Shown here in pieces: positions 1 to 7,639 of a stretch of 64,000 nt of DNA (position 1 is the first letter of the stretch; each line of letters begins with the position of its first letter). Source of the stretch: a virus (taxonomy: Duplodnaviria > Caudoviricetes); the IMG/VR virus record IMGVR_UViG_3300027763_000059, positions 115 to 64,114 of that record. One strand, written 5' to 3'. The translations under genes were made by a program, and so were the position numbers. Under the pieces are notes generated by a model. That model saw nothing but the letters and a program-made list of their open reading frames with translations. It did no database searches and was not told the DNA's origin.

Positions 1-37
1 TTCAACCATTGCTCCAAATGGAACTACAACCGCAGAT
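1..37. repeat. Terminal direct repeat (circular assembly overlap), left copy
   Basis: TTCAACCATTGCTCCAAATGGAACTACAACCGCAGAT is identical to 63964-64000. Confidence 0.97.
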
Positions 38-1534
38 ACAATTACGGATACTGCATCAAGTGGATTAATACTTCAAACATCAGCAAGTGTTAATGAAGGT
101 GCAACAGTTACTCTTTCTCAATATTGTAAGCGTTCAAATAATGATTGGATTTATTTAGGCATGGGCCGAAGTGGTGTAACTACTTATGGTGAAGTTGTCG
201 GATTCTTTAATTTAGCAACGGGAGCAACGGGAAGCAATATAACTTATGGAGCGGGTGTTTTTGTTTCGCTTAATATTGAAAATGTTGGGAATGGTTGGTA
301 TCGTTGTTCGCTTACTGCATATGTTTCAAGTGCAACTGCTTATGTAGTTTATTCGGGTAATGCTAATGCTAATGGAGTTCCTTTTGTTTCAGATATCGGA
401 GATGCTCGTTTTCAATGGGGCGCTCAACTTGTCGAAGGCTCAACCGCGAAGGACTACCAACGTACCGAAACACGCCTAAACATCCCACGACTTGACTACT
501 CAAATGGTACTTGTCCAAGTTTGTTAGTAGAACCGCAGAGGACGAATCTTGTTACTTATTCAGAGCAATTAGATAATGTAGCTTGGACTAAAACAGCAGT
601 AACAATTACCGCAAATAATACAACTGCACCAAACGGCATTTTAACTGCTGACAAAGTAATCCCAACTAACATAAATGCCTTTCATAATATATACAATCTT
701 GCAACTGCATTAACGGGTAATTATTCTTTTAGTGTTTACGCTAAAAAAGGAGGTTTAAATTTTGTCAATTTACAAGACCAATTTGGAGGAGTGTTTAACA
801 CTTGTTTTGATTTAGTCAACGGAACATTTACTTCTTATTTTGGAACAGCTACAATGAAGGCTGTTGGTAATGATTGGTTTTTATGTTCGGTAATTGGCAA
901 CGGATTAGCTGCTACAGTAATTCCTTCAATCATTCCGTCAAACTCACTTTCAAGTTTCCCTATTTTTGTAGGAAACAATGTAGATGGAATATTTATTTGG
1001 GGAGCACAACTCGAAGCGGGTTCATACCCAACATCCTACATCCCTACAACATCAGCAAGTGTAACACGCAACGCGGACGTAGTTTCAAAGACGGGAATTA
1101 GTAGCTTGATTGGACAAACGGAGGGAACTTGTTTTGTTGACTTCTACAACTATGGAAATAGTACAGCTGATTCAAATGTTCCTTTTGCAATTAGCAATGG
1201 AGCGTATGGAAGTGCGGTTTATTTTGAGCAATATTTAGGCAATTGGTACGGTATTATTTACAACGGTTTTGTATCTCAATTTTCATTTAATGCGGGTACG
1301 TTAAGTATTGGAAGACATAAATTTGCTATTGGTTACAAAACAAATGATGTTGTATTCTACGTTGATGGAAATTTAGTGTCAACGGATACGAGTGCAACTA
1401 TTCCCACTTGTTCTCGTGTTGACATAGGAACGGTTGGAACATCAACAACACCCGAAGAGCTTTCAGTCAACGCCACCGCCCTTTGGAAAACTCGCTTAAC
1501 AAATACTCAACTCGCACAACTCACAACGATATGA
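1..1534 (+). CDS. Tail fibre / receptor-binding protein with carbohydrate-binding and LamG-like domains, 3' part (starts at 63728, ~589 aa total)
   Basis: Frame is open from base 2 and continuous with ATG 63728 across the junction. Repeated NL..YSEQ / WGAQLE..S..TSYIPT modules, C-terminal HKFAIGY..YVDG LamG-like segment. Confidence 0.8.
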   Translation, partial: STIAPNGTTTADTITDTASSGLILQTSASVNEGATVTLSQYCKRSNNDWIYLGMGRSGVTTYGEVVGFFNLATGATGSNITYGAGVFVSLNIENVGNGWYRCSLTAYVSSATAYVVYSGNANANGVPFVSDIGDARFQWGAQLVEGSTAKDYQRTETRLNIPRLDYSNGTCPSLLVEPQRTNLVTYSEQLDNVAWTKTAVTITANNTTAPNGILTADKVIPTNINAFHNIYNLATALTGNYSFSVYAKKGGLNFVNLQDQFGGVFNTCFDLVNGTFTSYFGTATMKAVGNDWFLCSVIGNGLAATVIPSIIPSNSLSSFPIFVGNNVDGIFIWGAQLEAGSYPTSYIPTTSASVTRNADVVSKTGISSLIGQTEGTCFVDFYNYGNSTADSNVPFAISNGAYGSAVYFEQYLGNWYGIIYNGFVSQFSFNAGTLSIGRHKFAIGYKTNDVVFYVDGNLVSTDTSATIPTCSRVDIGTVGTSTTPEELSVNATALWKTRLTNTQLAQLTTI

Positions 1535-2112
1535 TAAAAAGTATTGGCATATATAAAATAACAAATCCGAAAGGCAGCATTTATGTAGGTCAATCTATGC
1601 ACATTGAACGTAGGTTTCGAGGTTATAAAAAATTGACAAATTGCAAAGGACAAACAAAATTGTATAATTCACTTGTCAAATACGGAACTATTAATCATAC
1701 TTACGAGGTAATTGAATTATGTGAGGTGCAAATGCTGAATGAACGTGAAAGATTTTGGCAAGAACATTTTGATTGCATAAAAGGTTTGAATTGTAATTAC
1801 GTTTCAACTGAAACTCAAAAGCAAATACCATCGGATGAAGTAAGACGAAAAATGAGTGTAGCAGCTAAAGGTAAAAAACATAGTGCGGAACACGTGGCAA
1901 ATAGAATGATGTCTAAAAAAGGTTATAGACATTCAGACCTTACAAAACAAAAACTATCCGAGAAGCGTAATAAATTAATTATTGATTTATCTACGGGTAT
2001 TTATTTTGACAATACAAAGGATGCTGCAAATTCATTGGGTATAAAAACACCTACATTTCAAGCTATGATGTGTGGTAGAAATAAAAATAAAACATCTTTA
2101 ATTTACGCATAA
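1531..2112 (+). CDS. Free-standing GIY-YIG homing endonuclease with NUMOD3-like repeats
   Basis: GIYKITNPKGSIYVGQS motif, HSAEH/HSDLTKQKLS repeats, ATGA overlap with the upstream stop, AT-rich. Confidence 0.88.
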   Translation: MIKSIGIYKITNPKGSIYVGQSMHIERRFRGYKKLTNCKGQTKLYNSLVKYGTINHTYEVIELCEVQMLNERERFWQEHFDCIKGLNCNYVSTETQKQIPSDEVRRKMSVAAKGKKHSAEHVANRMMSKKGYRHSDLTKQKLSEKRNKLIIDLSTGIYFDNTKDAANSLGIKTPTFQAMMCGRNKNKTSLIYA

Positions 2113-2471
2113 TGACAGAAAAAATATACAAGCTAACATACGAAAACAAGGAACAAGCAACCTCAGACCTTTACGCTAAGGGAATCTTAGTTGAGGTAGA
2201 ATTCAACGGAGAAAAACACGAAGCATACGGAGAAGGTGTGGCTGCGGTTGTCGAGATCGGTCTCATCATGATTGAGCCACCGGTAATGGATGGAATGACA
2301 ATTGTTACACCACCCGTTTATGCGGATGGATATCACTACGACGTAATGTCAGACAATGAGTATGACTTTGGTGCTAATTTGGTTGATCCAAAGAACCCTA
2401 AGCACGCATTTGCAGGACACGCAACAACTGATGAGGTTGAACCGTTTGTTTTAGAGTCATGGCAAAAGTAA
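2112..2471 (+). CDS. Tail-fibre-associated hypothetical protein
   Basis: 119-aa ORF, GYHYDV..PKHAFAG pattern, follows the fibre gene. Confidence 0.6.
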   Translation: MTEKIYKLTYENKEQATSDLYAKGILVEVEFNGEKHEAYGEGVAAVVEIGLIMIEPPVMDGMTIVTPPVYADGYHYDVMSDNEYDFGANLVDPKNPKHAFAGHATTDEVEPFVLESWQK

Positions 2472-2596
2472 AAGAATTTACTAACTTTGTGTCCAATCCT
2501 AAAGTTAAAAGGGTAGGTACACACTCAAAAAGCAAAACGTCTAAGCTCAAGACATCTAAGCTTTATAAAAAAAGATACAGGGGGCAGGGGAAATGA
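2459..2596 (+). CDS. Small basic protein, 45 aa (absent from the ORF track)
   Basis: MAKVKEFTNFVSNPKVKRVGTHSKSKTSKLKTSKLYKKRYRGQGK; its stop overlaps the holin ATG. Confidence 0.7.
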   Translation: MAKVKEFTNFVSNPKVKRVGTHSKSKTSKLKTSKLYKKRYRGQGK

Positions 2597-3087
2597 AAGG
2601 AAAAATAACCATATTCATCGTAGCGTTGACATCTTTATTAACACCGGTAGAGTTATCGGTAATCTGCTTAATGGGTATCATATTGATTGATACCATAGTA
2701 AAATTAATCTCGTTAAGGTACATCGCCAAGAAAGAGAACCGAAGGTACAGAGATGTATTTCAGTCTAAGATGCTTAGACGTGGGTATATATTTAAGTCAC
2801 TTGGGTACGCGTTCTTAGTAGTTCCATTGTTTCCACTTGACTACTACGTATTGACTCCGTTCTTGGATGTAGTGCTTAAGGCGTTAGATTACGACATCGT
2901 ACTTAACAAGGCGGTGCTTACAAATGGATTATTAATTATATTTGCAATCATTGAGCTTGCATCTATCAACGAGAATTGGTTTGACATCTCAGGTAACAAC
3001 GTACTAAGTGGTGTTTGGGTAACTGTTAAAAAGATCCGTAGAGCTGCAGAGGGTGTAGCAGAGACATACAGAAACATAAAGAAATAA
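2593..3087 (+). CDS. Holin
   Basis: Multiple TM segments, D..K..R and IELASINEN motifs typical of Bacteroidetes phage holins, directly upstream of the putative endolysin. Confidence 0.75.
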   Translation: MKGKITIFIVALTSLLTPVELSVICLMGIILIDTIVKLISLRYIAKKENRRYRDVFQSKMLRRGYIFKSLGYAFLVVPLFPLDYYVLTPFLDVVLKALDYDIVLNKAVLTNGLLIIFAIIELASINENWFDISGNNVLSGVWVTVKKIRRAAEGVAETYRNIKK

Positions 3088-3088
3088 T

Positions 3089-3667
3089 ATGGTTCGTGCA
3101 TTTAAAGATATAGAACTCTTAGAAAGAGTTAAACAACTCGACTCTTATAGAGAGATACCCGTTGGCTATTGGCTATTGGGTGTTAGGTCTAAAGAAGACA
3201 CGCCAAATAAGTTTGACGATAAGATATACCTATTTAAGGGTGAAGAGTTTATCGAGGTAACATCAGCTACAACTAATCCGGGTACACCTACACTAAAGCA
3301 ATTTGAGAAGGTGAACAACGATGGGGCTGCTGTAGTTAAGTCTGATGAGTGGTACTACAAGCTTTGGAAGTACGGAAAGCACAACGGAAAGGTAGAGGGA
3401 TTACTTCAGTTAGGAAACAAGATAAAAGTATATCGTGATACTGACAAGGATGTTAAGTCTGAAGAGCAAGGAAAGCTTCAAGAGGGATACTTCGGTATAA
3501 ACTTCCATCCTAACACGTATAACCTTGACAACAAAGTTACTAGTTCAGACATAGGTTGGTTCTCAGCCGGATGCCAAGTAGTAAATAACCCGAACAAGTA
3601 CAAGACTATGATCAGGCTATTGAAGACTGAGAAGTTGGTTACTTACTGTCTAATAAATGAGTTCTAA
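3089..3667 (+). CDS. Putative endolysin, YkuD/L,D-transpeptidase-like cysteine peptidase
   Basis: GINFH-x(18)-SAGC resembles the YkuD H...S.GC catalytic motif; located between holin and spanin. Confidence 0.6.
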   Translation: MVRAFKDIELLERVKQLDSYREIPVGYWLLGVRSKEDTPNKFDDKIYLFKGEEFIEVTSATTNPGTPTLKQFEKVNNDGAAVVKSDEWYYKLWKYGKHNGKVEGLLQLGNKIKVYRDTDKDVKSEEQGKLQEGYFGINFHPNTYNLDNKVTSSDIGWFSAGCQVVNNPNKYKTMIRLLKTEKLVTYCLINEF

Positions 3668-3951
3668 TGAGAAACAAATTAGCAGGTACTAAGACAGGTA
3701 CATCAAAGACAGCAAAGTACTACCACGACAACCCGGAGGCACGCAAGAAAAAGTTAGCCTACGACTCTAAGTACGAGGACACTCCATTAAGACAAAAGTA
3801 CAGAGCGGAGCTACAAAAAATAAACAGAGAGAAGGGAACACACGGTAACGGAGACGGAAAGGACGTAGCACATACGTCAAAGACCAAGACACGTATGCAG
3901 GCTCAGTCTAAAAACCGCGCTGATAAGAAACGCTCATTCTTCAAGTCATGA
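3667..3951 (+). CDS. Small basic protein, degenerate HNH-like
   Basis: GDGKDVAH...SKNR motif. Confidence 0.45.
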   Translation: MRNKLAGTKTGTSKTAKYYHDNPEARKKKLAYDSKYEDTPLRQKYRAELQKINREKGTHGNGDGKDVAHTSKTKTRMQAQSKNRADKKRSFFKS

Positions 3952-4394
3952 AACGAATTGCGCTCATATTTGTTACAGTGCACCTACTATTCTCGTGCTC
4001 TGTAAACTACCATCTTAATAAGGCTATTAAGAAGGGTTACAAATGCGAGGAGGTTTCTGACACAATCAAGATAACGTCAGTAGACTCGTTCCCTGTCATC
4101 GTACACGACTCAATCGTGTGGGAGAAGGTATTAGTTCAAAAGGATACAATCATTCGTAATAAGACCTCTTATGTGCCAAGAACGAGGTATGAGACAAAGC
4201 TAGCTTATAGGTACAAGATAAAGTATGTTAAAGCTGAAGCTCAAAAAGTAAAATACCAAAACAAGTACATAACAAAGTACAAGACGCGTTGGTTATTTGT
4301 AATCATTGCATTTGTATTAGGATTTTTATTAAGAGTAACATTAAGTGAAACATTCCGTAGTAGAATTAGTCTACTTTTTAATTTATTTAAATAA
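3948..4394 (+). CDS. Putative unimolecular spanin
   Basis: N-terminal lipoprotein signal (LLFS-C) plus C-terminal TM helix WLFVIIAFVLGFLL, within the lysis cassette. Confidence 0.7.
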   Translation: MKRIALIFVTVHLLFSCSVNYHLNKAIKKGYKCEEVSDTIKITSVDSFPVIVHDSIVWEKVLVQKDTIIRNKTSYVPRTRYETKLAYRYKIKYVKAEAQKVKYQNKYITKYKTRWLFVIIAFVLGFLLRVTLSETFRSRISLLFNLFK

Positions 4395-4399
4395 AATTT

Positions 4400-5494
4400 A
4401 TGGGTAAAAAAATAGGCCGTCCAATCGTAAGCAAGGGCGTTCCTAGGGTTAGACTTAATCCTCAGGAGTTAGACTTGATCAAGCAGTACAGAGCAATTAA
4501 AGACAAGTCAAATGAGATGGGTCTTAATGAAAACGATGTTAAGCATGGTTGGATTAAGACAAAAGACGCATCACTATTCTTCGCAAACCCATCCTTTGCG
4601 TCCGGAAAAGAACTAGACCTAGACTTCGAGAAGATACTCGAAAGTGCTCCCAAACTAAACATAGAGAAGATAGGTAAGAAGACTTACGAAGGCGAATTCG
4701 ATAAGCTAGTCTTTACAGATGTACACATTGGAATGGACTCAAGCGACAAGGGACGTTCATTGTATCCATCAGAGTGGAACGAGGACATACTATTCGAGCG
4801 TTTGGAGAAGATGGTATCTTACACGTTAGCTAATCAAAAAAGTAATACACTTTACTTACTTGACCTAGGTGACTACCTAGACGGGTTTAACGGTCAGACT
4901 ACACGCGGTGGTCACTCACTACCTCAGAACATGAGCAATCAAAAAGCGTTTGATGTAGGGTTCACGTTTAAGTCAATGCTAATAACGTACCTAGCACCAT
5001 TCTACGATAAGATATACGTGCGTAATATATGCAACGATAACCACAGCGGTGACTTCTCATACTTCGTCAATCAGTTCTTTAAAAAGTACATCGAGAGAGA
5101 CCTAAAGAACGTAACGGTAACCAATCAGACGCTATTTATAGACCATGAGATAGTTGGCAAGTACTGCTTTGTTACAACACACGGTAAGGACACGCACAAC
5201 TTAAAGTTCGGTTTTAGACCGAAGATTGACAACGGTCAGATCAACAAGATTATAGGATACCTAAATACAAAGGACTTACTTAACAAGGGATACGAGATAA
5301 TCTTTGAGAAGGGTGACAGTCACTTGTATCTATTCGATTCGTCAAGCTCTGACGTATTCAAGTACTACAACTACCCTGCGTTTAGTCCATCAAGCAATTG
5401 GGTTGCTACTAACTTCCAACTAGGGAAGAGTGGGTTCGTACACTTTAATTATGGCGTAGATCAAAAGAGTATTAACGAATACTTCTTTAAATAA
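4400..5494 (+). CDS. Calcineurin-like metallophosphoesterase
   Basis: DVHIG, GDYLDG, NDNH, THG and GDSH motifs in canonical order. Confidence 0.85.
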   Translation: MGKKIGRPIVSKGVPRVRLNPQELDLIKQYRAIKDKSNEMGLNENDVKHGWIKTKDASLFFANPSFASGKELDLDFEKILESAPKLNIEKIGKKTYEGEFDKLVFTDVHIGMDSSDKGRSLYPSEWNEDILFERLEKMVSYTLANQKSNTLYLLDLGDYLDGFNGQTTRGGHSLPQNMSNQKAFDVGFTFKSMLITYLAPFYDKIYVRNICNDNHSGDFSYFVNQFFKKYIERDLKNVTVTNQTLFIDHEIVGKYCFVTTHGKDTHNLKFGFRPKIDNGQINKIIGYLNTKDLLNKGYEIIFEKGDSHLYLFDSSSSDVFKYYNYPAFSPSSNWVATNFQLGKSGFVHFNYGVDQKSINEYFFK

Positions 5495-5515
5495 AAATCA
5501 TTATCTAATAAATTG

Positions 5516-5523
5516 TATCTTTG
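5516..5523 (+). promoter_or_regulatory. Bacteroidota sigma-A -7 promoter element
   Basis: TATCTTTG (TAnnTTTG), intergenic, 20 nt before ATG 5544. Confidence 0.7.
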
Positions 5524-5543
5524 TAGAAATTAAATAAAATAAA

Positions 5544-5813
5544 ATGAAAGTAGTAAAAGGAAAACACAACACTGTGGCAGACGTTAAGAAGTTATCACAG
5601 GAAGAATTGGACATGATCCAACAAATGAATTCAGACTTCACTAAGGCTAAGATCTCTTTAGGAGACCTTGAGCTAGAGAAGTATGCGTTGTTACAGAGAA
5701 TTGAACACTTGAAGATGGCGTTCGCAGAGAATGAAAAGCTCTTGATCGTTAAGTACGGTGAAAACTCTGTCATCAACATTAAGACAGGAGAAGTAACAGA
5801 GAAAAACGATTAA
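5544..5813 (+). CDS. Coiled-coil hypothetical protein
   Basis: 89-aa ORF ending KYG...INIKTGE; preceded by a promoter. Confidence 0.7.
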   Translation: MKVVKGKHNTVADVKKLSQEELDMIQQMNSDFTKAKISLGDLELEKYALLQRIEHLKMAFAENEKLLIVKYGENSVINIKTGEVTEKND

Positions 5814-5815
5814 AC

Positions 5816-6565
5816 ATGAAAATTAGTTCATACACAGTATTATCAAATCCACAGCTTGGAGATAAGTTAATTGGTACAGACGTTAATGACATGGATGTAA
5901 CCAAGAACTTTACAATTAGCTCTCTATTTCAACTTGGAGCTTCATCAGGATTATTTGTTCCCTACACGGGAGCAATTGATGATGTTGATTTAGGTTCAAA
6001 TAGTATTACAGCTAGTTCATTTATTAAGTTAGGTGGTACATCATCTCAGTTCTTAAAGGCTGATGGTTCGGTAGATAGTAATACGTATGCAACTTCTTTA
6101 TACTACGGAAGTTTCTTTGATACAACTAATCAGACTGCTGCAGCTATAAATACTGCATATCCTGTTAAATTAAACGGGGTTTTTGGTAGTGCTACAAATG
6201 GTGTGTCTGTAATTTTAGATGCATTTAGTAATAAGACTATTATTAAGACAGCAAATGCAGGTGTATATAACATTGCATTCTCAGCTCAATTAAGACGTGG
6301 TAGTGGTGGATCTTCTGAGACGGTTGATTTTTGGTTGAGAAAGAACGGAGTAAATGTTGTTTACACAAATACATCTGTATCAGTTCAAGCTAACGCAGGC
6401 TTATTAGTAGCTGCTTGGAACTTCTTTATTCAGATGGATGCAGGAGCAGAAGCACAGTTAATGTGGGCAACTACATCAACTGCTATTGATATGGCGTATG
6501 CAGGTGCAACAGCACTTCATCCTGAGACTCCATCAGTAATCTTAACAGTAAATAAAGTTTCCTAA
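5816..6565 (+). CDS. Virion structural / minor fibre protein
   Basis: VPYTGA..DVDLG and GGTSSQFLKADGSVD fibre-type motifs, C1q/BclA-like C-terminus (AGVYNIAFSAQL). Confidence 0.6.
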   Translation: MKISSYTVLSNPQLGDKLIGTDVNDMDVTKNFTISSLFQLGASSGLFVPYTGAIDDVDLGSNSITASSFIKLGGTSSQFLKADGSVDSNTYATSLYYGSFFDTTNQTAAAINTAYPVKLNGVFGSATNGVSVILDAFSNKTIIKTANAGVYNIAFSAQLRRGSGGSSETVDFWLRKNGVNVVYTNTSVSVQANAGLLVAAWNFFIQMDAGAEAQLMWATTSTAIDMAYAGATALHPETPSVILTVNKVS

Positions 6566-6792
6566 TGGAAATTAGAAAGATATCAATTGGTCCTGACTAT
6601 AAGGGTGGTGCAATGCACTACCTTGTAGGGCAGCGTGTATGCGGTGATTCAAATGAGATTCATTTAATCAAGCGTGATGCTACGACTAATTCTATCAAGA
6701 TCTTTATTATTAATGAAAAGGAGGAAGTGGTACTTTGGAAAGAGTTCAACGATACCATTCCCGTTGCAATTGAATATAATATAAATTTTTAA
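6565..6792 (+). CDS. Hypothetical protein
   Basis: 75-aa ORF translationally coupled on both sides. Confidence 0.75.
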   Translation: MEIRKISIGPDYKGGAMHYLVGQRVCGDSNEIHLIKRDATTNSIKIFIINEKEEVVLWKEFNDTIPVAIEYNINF

Positions 6793-7355
6793 TGAAATCT
6801 CCATTCTACTTTATTGCTAAGCCAATAAAGGGGAAAAGATACGACAATACTAAAGAGATAGGTGGATTAGAGCTTATCATTAGTACATCAGAGGAGGACC
6901 ATAAGTTCTCCAATCGTTTTGCTGAAGTTGTTGAGACTCCCTTAGGCTATAAAGGTCCTATCACAATCGGTGATACCCTACTCGTCCACCACAACGTATT
7001 CAAGTTCTATAACGACATGAAGGGTCGTCAGAAAAGTAGCAAGAGCTTCTTTCGTGATGACATATTCTTTGTAGATGCCGAGCAGTTCTATATGTACAAG
7101 CACAACGACACATGGATGGCCTACGACAGGTACTGCTTTGTTCGTCCAATCCCCGCGATTGAGACATACATCAAGAAGCCATTTACAGAGGAGCCACTTA
7201 TGGGGGAGATGGTATACCCAAACGATTACTTAATTAGTCAAGGCGTAAAGCCGGGTGACTACGTATGCTTTAAACCGGATAGCGAGTACGAGTTTACTGT
7301 GGATGGAGAGAAGCTGTACAGGATGTTTGACCATCAAATAACAATTATCTTATGA
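6792..7355 (+). CDS. Tandem GroES-like co-chaperonin
   Basis: Two GroES-like halves: AEVVETP...ITIGDTLLVHHN and VKPGDYVCFKPDSEYEFTVDGEKLYRM. Confidence 0.65.
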   Translation: MKSPFYFIAKPIKGKRYDNTKEIGGLELIISTSEEDHKFSNRFAEVVETPLGYKGPITIGDTLLVHHNVFKFYNDMKGRQKSSKSFFRDDIFFVDAEQFYMYKHNDTWMAYDRYCFVRPIPAIETYIKKPFTEEPLMGEMVYPNDYLISQGVKPGDYVCFKPDSEYEFTVDGEKLYRMFDHQITIIL

Positions 7356-7639
7356 GCAATACAAAAGATATAAAGCTTAGGATCATCGAGGCAGGTGAGT
7401 TTGCTGTTGAGCAACTCATTAAGGTAGCCAAGGAGCAGATTATTAAGCTTGACTCTGAGGACGATTTGGCCGCGGATAGATTAAAGAACGCTGCTGCTAC
7501 AAAAAAATTAGCTATATTCGATGCATTCGAGATACTTAGCCGTATCGAGATGGAGAGAGAGAACATTGAGATCATGGAGCATGGTCCTTCAAAGACAGAT
7601 ACAAAACAAGGGTTTGCAGAACGTAGAGCAGGAAAATAG
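7352..7639 (+). CDS. Probable terminase small subunit
   Basis: Small helical ORF immediately upstream of and overlapping TerL. Confidence 0.55.
   Translation: MSNTKDIKLRIIEAGEFAVEQLIKVAKEQIIKLDSEDDLAADRLKNAAATKKLAIFDAFEILSRIEMERENIEIMEHGPSKTDTKQGFAERRAGK

Noticed and set aside
1483-1530. Upstream start of the GIY-YIG ORF at 1483
   Set aside because: It is a TTG overlapping the fibre C-terminus; ATG 1531 coupled to the fibre stop is more credible.
1-1534. Diversity-generating retroelement targeting the tail fibre
   Set aside because: No reverse transcriptase and no TR/VR pair seen; the duplication of bases 1-37 is the circular overlap.
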